Shown: piece after piece, positions 25,325 through 37,518 of the stretch
Numbering within the stretch: the stretch's first letter is position 1
How the letters are laid out: each line of letters opens with the position of its first letter
Assembly (NCBI GenBank): GCA_013239625.1
Contig: MU053645.1
Span: 1,852,274-1,916,273 of the forward strand
DNA length: 64,000 bases
Reading direction: 5' to 3'
Source of the DNA: Lama guanicoe
Taxonomy: Eukaryota
Made by a program: the position numbers and the translations under genes
The notes under the pieces: generated by a model
Seen by the model: the letters and a program-made list of their open reading frames with translations, nothing else
The model's database searches: none
Told to the model about the DNA's origin: nothing

Positions 25325-27539
25325 GAGAGTGATATCAGGAACATGATGGAAAAGATGGTCCCCAGATTCAGTCCTCCTCACAGAAAGACAACTAGCACTT
25401 TATCAGAGACACTTTTGTGAATATCCTAGAACCTGGGGATGAGGCTGAAGCATTCCCTTGGACCAAAATAACTGAGAAAAATCACATTAGAAAAGACTTT
25501 TCATTACACTGCCCTTCCCCTAGCCTGGCAGAATGCCAGACTGAGAATGTTCCTCTGGGCTTATGGCTACATCAGTGGGAAAAAAAGAGAGTTCAAGGTG
25601 GACATCCAGCTCCCCCAGCATTGTTAGATGATTCCTAGGAGTCCCACACTTCAGTCTTACTTCATGGGGATCACCTGGGGACCCAGTGGGGCTAGACTAC
25701 AGGGGATCTGCTAGAGATGAAAAGGGGGAGAGGCTCACAACAACCCGTGTGCAGATCTTGGTAGACTTTTCACCTACTGGCAGCAGCTCCTGTGCAGAGA
25801 GCTCAGCCATATGCAGAACCAAGCCAGTGTACTCAGCAGGCAGGAAACTTGGCTGGCAGTTCTTCTTGGTTTGGGTCCTTAGCCAACAGGCTATCCTATG
25901 GAGTCCATCCTATGACCTCACCTGGACAGAGCGGCCAGCCAGTAGCCCTGCTCAACTGCTGAGCATAGTCTCTAGAAACCAGTAAGCCTGGCTAGAAACC
26001 ACAGTCAACTGCAAAGCCCATCCTATGGCCCACTGAGTCAAGCCAGCAGCCCTGCCCAACTTTGGAGCATGGTCTCCAGCCTCTCCCTGAGCTGGAAGCC
26101 CAAACAGAAACCTCAGGCAACCTCAGAGCATAGACCACGACCCCCATACAGGCAGGGAGCCAAGCCAGTAGCCCCATCAAACTGCAGAACATAGCATCTG
26201 GTCCCTCTTGACCAGGGAACATAAGTTGTCATGCCATGGAACACAGTCTATAGCTCCACACTGGCAGAAAGCTAAGCCAAATTTCCTGCCAAATTGTTGA
26301 GCATAGCTTCCAACTCTGCCCAATCAAGAAGCCTGGCTAGAAGTCCTGGGCAACTGTGGACCACATCCTTCAGCTCCACTTGGGCAGGAAGCCAAGCAAG
26401 TAACCTCACCCAATTGTGATAGTCTCTGCCTCTCCTAACCCCCTGAGCAGGGGACCTGAATAACAACCCTGGGCAGCCACAGAGCCCAGTATACAGCCCT
26501 ACCTGAATGGGTAGTCAAACCAGCAGCCCCATCTAACTGTGGAGCAGCGCTTGCACCTTCACCCAACAAGGGTGCCCAGGTAGCAACTCTGCCCAGCTAT
26601 AAAGTCCAGCCTATGGTGCTGCCCAATTGGTGAACATAGCCTACAGCCTCGTACAGGGAGGGAGCCTAACCACCAACTCTGCCTAATCACAGAGCATACA
26701 CTGTGGCCTCATTCATCTAGGGAGGACAGAAAGAAAGCAACCCCACCCAACTGCAGAGCACATCCTACCTCCACTGCAGAGTATAACTGGTGGCCATGCT
26801 GGACCAGGGAGCCTGGGCAGCTACCTAACTGGAGAGCCTACTCTATGGCCCTGGCCAACTGTAAGGCAATGCTTGTGGCTCTTCCTGATTAAAAAGTACA
26901 GCCTTTGGCCTGGTCTAGTCATGAAACCCAGACTACTGGCCCACCTGACCATGGAGCCCAGCTGGCAAGTATATCTAACCAGGGAGCCCTGACAGCAGTC
27001 TTGTCTGAACATGGAACCCAAACAGCTGGCTTAACTGACCATGATGCACAGCCACTGGCCACCACTCCCCTGACCTCAGAGTATGGGAAGTGGCCCTGCC
27101 CAACTAGAGACCCTGATAGCAAACCCTCTCCGCACATGGACACTATAGGTGGTACATCCAGAACCCTAAACTGGACTGACTAATGAATAACTTCCCTGCT
27201 AATTGAATCTGTAAACGCTAGAAGAAGAGACCACTTCCTCAGTTAAACAGATACCAACACAAGGATACAAGGATCATGACGAATCAGGTAAATATGACAC
27301 CACCAAAGGAAACTAACAAAGCTCCAATAACTGACCCTAAAACAAACAAACAAACAAACAAACAAAACAAAACAAAACAAAAACAGATAACTAAAAACTG
27401 ACTGATGACAAATAATTCAGAATAATTATGTTAAGGAAGTTCACTTAACTATAAGAGAACACAATTGGATAACTAAACAAAATTAGAAAAATAATACATG
27501 AAAATAATTAGAAATTCCACAAAGAAATACAAACCATTA

Positions 27540-27578
<39 letters not shown>

Positions 27579-30500
27579 AAACAAAAGAAATCCTAGAGTT
27601 AAAGAATACAATTACTGAATTGAAGAATTCAATACAGAGTTTCAACGAAAGAGTTGACCATGAAGGAAAAATTAGTGAACTTGAAGACATGTTATTTGAA
27701 ACTATCAGGTTAGAGGAGCAAAAAGAAAAAAGAATGAAAAAGAGTGAAGAAACTGTACAGGACCTAAAGAACACCTTAAAGTGAAACATTATATCTGGGA
27801 TTATGGGACCCTAAGAAAAAGAGTAAGAGAAAAAGGGATAGAATGTTCATTTAAAGAAATAATGGCTGAAAGATTCCCAAACTTGGGGAGAGAAACATAC
27901 ACAAACATACAACTTACTAAGACTGAATCATGAAGAAATAGAGAATTTGAACAGACCAATAATGAGTAAAGTGGTTGAATCAGTAATCAAACACATCTCA
28001 ACCAAAAAAGCCCAGTACCAGATGGTTTCCATGGTGAATTCTACCAAATATTTAAAAGAGAATTAATACCAATCGTTCTCAAAAATTAAAGAGAGGAAAC
28101 ACTCCCAAACTCATTTGATGAGGCCAACATCACCATCATACCAAGGCCAAAGCAGGACACTGCAAGAAAAGAAAATTACAAGCCAATTTTCCTGGTAAAT
28201 ATACATTCAAACACAAATATTGTAAACAAAATGCTAGTGAACTGAATTCAATAGCACATTGAAAAGATCATACACCATGATCAAGTGGGATTTATCCCTG
28301 AGATGAAAGCATGGTTTAGCATATACAAATCAATAAATGAGGTACACCACATTAACAGAATAAAGGATAAAAAAGCATATGATCTTAATACATGCCGATA
28401 AAGTATTTGAAAAAATTCAACACCCTTTCAGGATAAACTCTCAACAACTGAGTATACGAGGATGTACCTCAACATAATAAAGGTCATAACATACATGAGA
28501 AGCTCATAGCTAACATTACACTCAATGGTGAGAAACTGAAAGCATTTCCTTTAAGGTCTGAAACAAAACAAGAGTGCCCACTCTCACTACTCCTATTCAA
28601 CATACTACTAGAAGTCCTAGTCAGAGAAATTAGGAAATAGAAAAAAATAAAAAGGCATCCCAACTGGAAAGGAATAAGTACAACCGTCTGTGTTTGCACA
28701 TGAAATAAATTTATATTTAGAAAAGCCTGAAGACTCAACAAAAAAACTGTTGGAACAAATGCAGTGAAGTTTCAGGATACACAATCAACACAGAAAAATC
28801 AGTTGTGTTTTTATACACTAACAACAAACTACCTGAAAAATAAAGAAAACAATCCCAATTGTGATAGGATCAATAACAATAAAATTCTTAAGAATAAATT
28901 TAAGGAAGTGAAAGATCTGTACACTGAAAACTGTAAGACTTTGATAAAAGAAATTGAAGAGGAAACAAATAAATGGAAATATATCCTGTGTTCATTCATC
29001 AGAATAATTAGTTTTGTTAAAATGTCCAGCTACCCAAAGTGATCTATAGATTCAAAGCAATCTCTATCAAAATTCCAATGGAATTTTTAACTGAAATGGA
29101 AAAACAATCCTAAATGTCATGTGGAATCACAAACAGCCAAAGCAGTCCTGAAAAAGAACAAAGCTTCAGGAATTACACTTTGTGATTTTAAACTTTATTA
29201 CAAAGCCATATAATCAACACACGATGGTACTGGCAAAAAAACAGACACATAGACCAATGGAATAGAATCAAGAGCCCCAAAATAAACCCAGATATATAGA
29301 GTAAACTAATATTTGACAAGAAAGCCAAGAAAAAAAAATCAATGAAAAAAAAGTCTCTTCAATACATAGTGCTGGGAAAAGTGGATATTCACAAAATGCA
29401 GAAATGAAATTGGACCCCTATCGTACACCACTCATAAAAATTGACTTGAAATGGATTAAAGACCTAAATCTTGTACCCCAAACTGTAAAACTCCTTGAAG
29501 AAAACACAGAGGAAAAGCTCCTTGACATTGATCTTGGCAATTTTTTTTTGATATGATACCAAAATCACAATGAACAAAAGCAAAAGTAAACAAGTAGGGC
29601 TACATCAAACTGAAAAGAAATGATCAACACGGCAAAAGAATGCATGGCAAAAGAAATAATCAACAAAATGAAAAGACAACCTACAGAATGGGAGGAAATA
29701 TTTGCAAACCCTGTATCTGAAAAGGGTTTAATATATAAAAATATAAGGAAATCATACAACTGAATCATAAAAATAATAATAATCCGATTTCAAAATGGGC
29801 AAAGGACCTGAACAGAGTTTTCTACAGAAGAAATACAAATGGTCAACAGTTCCATGAAAAGATGACATCACTAATGTCATGAAAAGGTGACATCAGTATT
29901 CATCAGAGTAATGCAAATCAAAACTACAATGAGGTATCACTTCAACTTGTTAGAACGGCTGTTATCAAAAAGACAAGAGATAACGCGTTGATGAGAATGT
30001 AAAGAAAAGCAAACTCTTGCACTCTGTTAGTGGTAATGTAAATTGGTGCAGCCACTGTGGAAAACAGTGTGGAGGCTTTTCAAAAAATTAAAAATAGAAC
30101 CACCATATGATCCAGTATTCCCACTATTGGGTATATAGTCAAAGGAAATGAAATCACTATCAAGACAAGACATGGATACTACCTAAGTATGCACTGACAG
30201 ATGAATAGATTTAAAAAATATTATATATATATTTATATAATAAATTACATTCTGCCATGAGAAAAAAGGAAATCCTGCCATGTGACATGGAAGAACTTTG
30301 AAGGCATTATACTAAATGAAATAAGACAAAGAAAAACAAGTATTGTACATTCTCACTTAAATGTGGAATCTAATAAAGTTGAACTCATAGAAACAGAGTA
30401 GATTGGTGGTTGCCAGGTAGTTGAAGGAATGGGGAGATGTAGGTCAAAGGATACAAACTTTCAGTTATGAGTTAGTTTGGGGGATCTAATGTATAGCCTG

Positions 30501-30730
30501 GTGACTGTAGTTAACAATATTGTATTCTAAACTGAAATATGCTAAGGAGGATAGATCTTAAATGTTCTGACCACATACACACAAAAGATAACTAAGAAAG
30601 AGATGAATGTGTTAGCTAGTCTTGTGGTAATCAGGTCACAATATATATGTATATCAAATCATCACACTGTACATCTTAAACTCACATAGTGTTTTTTGTT
30701 AATTATATCTCAGTAAAGGTAGAAAAAAAT
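25325..30730 (+). mobile_element. Old LINE-1 retaining both ends, with an internal deletion
   Basis: L1M-like 5' start, GC-richer repeated 5'UTR (~25900-27180), ORF1 coiled-coil remnant (~27290-27890), abrupt jump to post-endonuclease ORF2 (~27900), L1MA-like 3'UTR ending in an A-rich tail. Confidence 0.8.
27340..27580. repeat. (AAAC)n/(AAAAC)n and (AAC)n microsatellites
   Basis: Visible runs at ~27340-27385 and ~27540-27578 inside the L1 ORF1 remnant. Confidence 0.9.
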
Positions 30731-31694
30731 TTTTGAAAAATGTAAGAGTAATCAAATTTTCCAACTTTATAACGAAACTTTACACATAAAAATTTTTAAC
30801 TTTTCAATTTGAATTAATTGGTCTTCCAGTTTTGATTTCCTATAGGTCTATATGCAGTGAGAGAATCCAACAGATGCTATTATTTTAGTCCCTCTGATGT
30901 TGCTGTTTCCCTGTACAAATTAGTAAGCTGATACTCTGGATTCTGTAAGCTTGTGACTTTGTTAATTATGAGCTCACCCTATAAAAATGGATGTTATTTT
31001 CCTGTATGAGGATATTAAGCTTCTGAGCTGGCATGATTGAGAGACAGATATTGTGGACTCTTTAAAAAAGTCATCTAGTTAAGGAGCACCATCATGGAAG
31101 GCTTCTTGAAGACCTCCAGGCTTTGGCAACACAGAGACATATTCTTTGACCTGTCAAACACACTTCCATTTTGAAACTCCAAGAGAATTTCAAAGGAGTT
31201 ATATGAGAATATCAGTATCCCTTAGCCACAATCAATTTAATGATATAATATTAAAGATAAGATAAAATGATAAAAATTAATTAGAGTAACCATGTATGAA
31301 TTATGACTATTATATTTCAGATAATCCACAACATTTATTATAACCTGTAATAAGCAAACCTGTATGTTTCTAACACTAGAGAGAATTTACTTCAGAAACA
31401 CATTTGAAGATAACTCCATATATTACAAGAGACATCAGAAACTGTTGGAGTAGGGGCATATTATTTAATAACTGATACTGGTATTATGTGGAAACAATCC
31501 ATTTCCATTTCCCTCTACATATTAGAAGTCAAAATTCATTCTAGGTAAATGAGTGTTTATTTTTCCTTATCCTCCCACCCCTCTTGAAATATTTAAGATA
31601 TCTAATCTTCCTGGAATTTGTTCATGTGTATTGGGATATAACCTTATTTGTTTTCCCAGATGATTAGCTAATTATTCTAACACAATACACCAAA

Positions 31695-32246
31695 TGTGTA
31701 GAAAAGAGTTAACATAGCAGACATGGGACCACTAGCCTTAGAAAGGCCTTCTTGCAAGGTTAGCCTTTGGCTGGATTCTGTTAACCTGGATTTGAAGAAG
31801 GTTTCCACCATTCCCAGAACTGATAAGATTGGCTCACTATGCCTAAACTCTTTGTGCAAACAATATGCTTTATGCTAAATTCTTTCTATCTAGGAGTCTA
31901 GAATTTCAGTACATGCTAGGCAAAGGGTACCATACCCCACTCTCCCCCACATTTTGGGCACTGAGAATCTAATAAACTTTCTTGATAAATAACATTTCAC
32001 ACATGTTGTCATAAATTGTTGTTAGAGGAATTAAGTGTATTCTGTGGGACTCCACTGGGAGAGGACTCTTGGAAGCTTGCGCCTGATTTCTTTGGAACTT
32101 TGCTTCATGCACTTTTTCCCTTCGCTGATTTGGTTTTGCATCCTTTTGTAATAATTCATAGCTGTGAGTACAAATGTACATTGAGTCTTGTGAGTCCTGC
32201 TAGCAAATCACTGAACCTATCAGTGGTCTTGAGGTCCCCTGGCACA
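31695..32246 (+). mobile_element. Solo LTR, MER68/MER77-like (ERVL)
   Basis: TGTGTAGAAAAGAGTTAACATAGCAG start, ..GTGGTCTTGAGGTCCCCTGGCACA end. Flanks CCAAA / CTGAA fit a 5-bp CCGAA TSD after CpG decay on opposite strands. Confidence 0.72.
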
Positions 32247-33129
32247 CTGAATGCTTCACTTTTCTCTATGAATCTGAACTGTCACTCTAATATAAATGCC
32301 CACATATATGTGGCAATATATGGGCTCTCTATCTATATTCCATTTAACTTTTCCTGAGTAGTTCTACTCTGTTTTACCAACTATAGCCTGAAAATTTTTT
32401 AAAATCCCTGGTGAGGCAAATGCTTTCCAACTTCCAAATTATGTTTCTTTCAAAATTCTCTGGACTGTTCACAGGTTTGTGTGTATATAAAAATTGATAA
32501 GCAGTTCTTGAACCTATAAGAGTCTCTAAATTAAAACCTCTAAAAGGCAAATGGGAAAAGCTTACACATACTCTTCTCACAAAAAGAAAATCCAACTGGC
32601 TAACAAATACCTGAAAGTAGGTTTAACCTCATTAATAATATCAAACAACAATGCAATATCATGTTCCCCAATTCCATTAGCAAAAGACTTAAAAATTTTG
32701 TTGCTAGGATTATAGACGTATTAAAAACTATATCTAAAACTATTCAGCCTACAGCCTCTTCCCAAAGGAAGAAGTCCTTGCTTGACTCTTGAGTAAGGCA
32801 TGACCACTGGACCAGCACTGGATATCTGAAGGTGAGGGTTTATAGAGTTGGTTAAAGGGATCAGGAGTGTCACTCTGAAGGGGGTAGATGGCCTTCTAAA
32901 AAATCTTTGAAGAACGGATGGGCCTTTGACAGAGATTACAGGGGGCTGGGGATGACTGAAGGAAGGGACAAGTGAGTGAGAAAGTTGAACCCTCCAGTTG
33001 CAAGGAACTGTATTAACAAGCTGTGGTGCAGATGATGAGCGTGAACGCCTATTTTTTTAAAATCTATAAAATGATATATAATGTATGTTCTGCCTTAAAA
33101 GGCATTAGTTAAAAAGGGTTTAAAGGCAA

Positions 33130-34550
33130 GTTGTAAGGTATCTTCAAGTTACAGACATTCTCTATGTTATACAAACTCTTCCTGAGACTAGAAAAAGAAC
33201 AAAAGCTATCCCAACTCATTTAATGAGACTTACATAACCTTGAAACTATGATGAGAAAACTACAGCATAAAAAATAAAATTATAGGCCAATCTCACTCAT
33301 GATGAAGAAAGAAAAAACCTTGGCAAGTTGAGTCTAGCAGTGTATTAAAAAAAAACAATAACAACAAAAATGTTGTGATAGAATGTCAGAGATAGGCATA
33401 TCCACAATTACAGTCAGATTTCAGCACCTCTTAATAGTGAGTAGAAACAAAATAAGAAAAGATATACAATTGAAGACCTAAACAAGATTATTAACCAACT
33501 AGACCTAATTGACATTTATAGAACAACAGTTCACAGGACAACAGAAGGATACACATTCTTTTCAAGTGCAACTGGAATATTTACTGAGATAGACCATATT
33601 CTGGGCCATAAAGAAAGTCTCAATAAATTAAAAGGATTTTGGTCATACAAAGTGTATTCTCTGACCACAGTAGGATTGTGCTTAGCATTGTAGAACTACA
33701 TAACTAAAACATATCTGGAAAAGCCTCAAATACTTGGGAACTACATAGCATACTTCTAAATAACTCTTGAATCAAAGAAGAAACTAAAAAAGAAGTTAGT
33801 ATGTAATTTCTATTGAAGAAAAATAAAAACACAACGTCAAAATTTGTGGGATATAGCTTAAGCAGTATTAGAGGGAAATTTACAGTACTAAAACACCTAT
33901 ATTAGAAAAATAATGATCTCAAATGACCTCAGCTTCTATTTTAAGTAGATAGAAATAGAATACTAACAAACACAAAGTAAGCAGAAGAAAAATAGTAAGA
34001 GCAGAAACCAGTGAAATAGAAAACAGAAAAACAATAAAGAAAATCAATAAAATGAAACATTAGTTTGTTGAGGTCAATAAAATTGATAAGCCTCTAGCCA
34101 GAGTGATAAAGAAAAACAAAAGAGAAGACGTTAGTACTAACATCAGTAATGAGAGAGATGACATCACTAGATATTCTGCAAATATCAAAAGCATAATAAG
34201 AAATTGATTGTCAAGGCTGTAGGGAAACAGGCAACCCATACATTGCTGGTGAAAATGAAAATTTGTAATACCTCTTTGGAGGGATATTTGAGAATATCAA
34301 ATAAAATTACACATGCACTTATCATTTGACTGACTATCCCCACTTCTAGGAATCTACCCTGAAGGTATACCTCTAGCCGTAGAAAAATTACATTTGCACA
34401 AGGTTAGTCTTCCAGCACTGTTCGTAACCACAAAATATTAGAAAAAAATACCCATATATAGGAGAATGATTGAAACAAATTATGGTAGTGACACAATGGA
34501 GGATTATGCAGCTGTACAAAAAAAGCAAATTGCTATGCACTAATTGGCTT
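33130..34550 (+). mobile_element. Old LINE-1 fragments (endonuclease region and 3' part)
   Basis: GACCTAATTGACATTTATAGAAC..TACACATTCTTTTCAAGTGCA..ATAGACCATATTCTGGGCCATAAA..TCTGACCACA correspond to L1 EN motifs (DIYR, YTFFS, IDHILG, SDH). Confidence 0.8.
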
Positions 34551-35249
34551 CAAATCTGTAAAATGTGCAAATAGAGAGGGTTAATAGGATGTGTAAAATT
34601 TGTTTTTCCTGACTACATTCTCCTAAGAAGACTTAGATATCCTGTGGATGTCTCATAGAGCTGAGCTCTGACCAAAATGGATTAGCACAAATAAGGGAGT
34701 GCCACTAAGGATAGATGCAAATCACCAAGTCAAAAGCATTGGCCATAAAAAAAAACAAGGAAAAAGAGCCCAGACTGTGGAGGGGAATCTGAGATCATTC
34801 ATGAAGCAGTTTTTGTAGGTGGTTCCCAGAGGCCCAAAGCACCTAGATTCCCTCCTCCTGAGTCTATTCTCTCTTCTTCTCTAGAGCTGCCTAGATTGAG
34901 GTTTATTCCTCTCTTGCAGCTCCAGGCAGCTGGAACCTTAGAGTAAAAGTCAATCTTGTTCCCCTCTCATTCCCCCCACCCACGGCTACCTCCTGCCATT
35001 AACTTTTCTACAATATTAAACTGAGCCATCCTCACTGTCTGTAAGACAGACAGACAGGACAGTGAGCACCAACTAGGTGGGAGGAAGGTAGTGTAGCTCA
35101 CAGTTCCCATCCTCACACCTGCCTTTCCAGAGCCAGCGCCACGAGTGTACACAAATTGGGTGTTCACGAATTGCCACTTCACCGTTCCCTGTCTCTGGTC
35201 ACCCCTGAAGCCAACTCCCTCCACGTGTCCACCTCCCCCACCCACACAG

Positions 35250-35970
35250 AGAAACACAGATTCACACTGCGCTGGGCGGGGAGCCTGGGGTGAGGGCAGG
35301 GGTGTTCGGAAGGCAGGGGAGAGAGACAGAGGGTCCGAGGCACTTCCTGCACCCGGATCTAGTCTCAGCCAGCGCCCCTCACGGATGCCACTTCTCGGCC
35401 TCGAACCTACCTCCTCCAACAGCGACGGCCGTTTCCCTCCACGAAGGCCTCCCGCGGGATGACTTCCTGCGTCTGGAGCTCCTGGACAAAAACAGACCCC
35501 GGCTAAGACGCTCGCGATTGGCTGAGGGACTGTATCCTCTCCCAACAAGTGCCGTAATTCTGGGCGCCCGAGGGATTCGTTTTCAGGCTAGTGCAGCATG
35601 CAGACCCCCACCCACACACCATCACATCCTACCACTCCTCCCACGGCCGTCCGTCAATCGTCAGGTGTAAGTCCTTCCTGTCCCTTTGCAGCTGAGCGCG
35701 ACACACCTCCACGCCCGTCCAAGGGACAGCGCGGTCACGTGACCCGCCGTCAGCCCCACGTGACCGCGCAGGCCGCTTGTCTGCCGCAGCCCTGCAGCAC
35801 CGATGGCAGTCTTCTGCCTCTGGGCTCGAGCTGCTTGCTAGAACAGTCTGAAGCTCCTGACCGTGCTGAAGATACAGAGCTGGAAGGAAGGCTGGGCCGG
35901 AGCCAAGCTTCCAGCCCTAGGCTGGGCCTTGCTCTGTAGGAGCACAGGGCTGGCGACGAACGCTCGATGA
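35250..35970. promoter_or_regulatory. CpG-rich promoter-like island downstream of GPRASP1
   Basis: Local CpG enrichment in a CpG-poor background. ETS cores CACTTCCTG (35341) and GACTTCCTG (35461), CTCGCGA overlapping ATTGG (35511-35521), two CACGTG E-boxes (35736, 35757). Confidence 0.7.
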
Positions 35971-37201
35971 GGAGTTTCGAGACAACTGACTTTCAGTACT
36001 GATTCTGTATAAAACTCGGGTGACATAATAAAACACTCCCGGGATCTGTCTTGAGAAATATCGATAGGCAAAACTCGCATTTCCACCACTGGGATGATCT
36101 CTATTAACACCTGTGGTTTGTGAAGAGAGGCAAAACTGCCACTTTGCCCTACTTCCCTGAACCTTGCACCCTAGAATCAAGTAGGGAAAAAGCACTTTTC
36201 ACCCTGAGACAAATAAAAAGTAACAGGGTCACCATGGCTTGTTCCTTTCCTGAAAATAAAACTTTTGTGTATTTCCCCTTAGCCTGGACCACCCCCATGC
36301 CAACTCAACTTTATCCCTGACATTTGCGCCTACCTGAAGATATGCTATGAACCATTGTGAATTTTCTTAAAAATGTGTAGCATAAACTCTGGAACTTCGG
36401 AAAGTTTAGTTTATTCCCTTTAAATAATTATGGATTTTTACTTGGCAAGCCAGTCCTTCTGTAGTATCTCATACTTCTGTATCCCTTTGACATGTTTTAT
36501 ATTGTTACAGAATTTTCCATAATCCAATATAAATTTGTGTAAATTTGGCCCACTTACATTCATTTTTACAATGGGATCATCTTTCCATGTATACCAGTCT
36601 TTTTTATTTATAGAAATATAGAAAATATTTCTACAAATATATAAGACATCAGAGCTTTTCTTAGTCAATTAAAAAAATCTGTACTTCATCACTTTTTGTG
36701 GCTATATGGTATTACTTTAACAATTTCCATGGCACTACCATGAAGAAATGGCCTCCCTGACATTGAAATCTGTGTGCTTTCTGGTCTTATTTAACCTTTA
36801 GGTAACATCAAAGAAACAGCCATATGCTGAACTGCAAAGTGTGACTTCTCAGCTCTTCAAAATTTACCTCATCCTCTCTATCACTTAATACACACCTCCC
36901 AGCCACTCCAAGCCTACTGGATACCTCACTTGTATAGGAACACTTTTTACAACTCCAAGCTTTTCTTCACAACATTCAACCTTTTTCCTACATTTCAGAG
37001 CCCAAATTAATTGGGTCCTTTTTCTCTGAAGCACACACTGAGTAGCAGCCCATAGTAACCTTTGCAGTTAAAGCTATGAAAATAAACTTTCTCAAGGAGC
37101 ATTATTATTCATACATTATCTCTATGTGCTCATATGCTATCTTTGCATGTATACTCTAAGTTCAAGGAGAACAGTGATTTCTGCCAACTTTAACATAGAA
37201 T

Positions 37202-37207
37202 TTTATT
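37202..37207 (-). terminator. GPRASP1 polyadenylation signal AATAAA
   Basis: TTTATT on the plus strand ~310 nt after the stop codon; the first canonical hexamer I can see in the 3'UTR. Confidence 0.8.
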
Positions 37208-37518
37208 GAAAACACAACACGACTCAAATAGACATCAATACACTGGAACAACAATCAGAAGGGTAGCTTACTTATGATGGCTCAGTTCACTATAAGCTTA
37301 AATACTAAACTTACAATCTGGACAAAAACAAGTATCAACAAATGTGCTTTTAGTTCTAATATTCATTTGGCATGAGAAGATTGATCCAGCTCACACACAC
37401 AGTTGGGCAAAGTCAGTAACAGCATTAAAGATGTACATTATAACATAGAATCAAATGAAGCCAAAGCATTATTCAAGGATTATAACTCAGGAACGTAAGG
37501 ACAGTCACAGGCAAGTGA

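Noticed and set aside
25686..27183. Possible gene or CRISPR-like repeat array in a GC-richer repeated block
   Set aside because: Degenerate tandem monomers without unique spacers, directly upstream of an L1 ORF1 remnant; it is an L1 5'UTR in a mammalian genome.
25314..30752. Possible TSD AAGAGTCAT / AAGAGTAAT around the long old L1
   Set aside because: Too short and degenerate in AT-rich DNA to assert.
34967..35939. ORFs of 105-193 aa across the downstream CpG island
   Set aside because: GC-rich low-complexity translations on both strands with no recognisable protein family.
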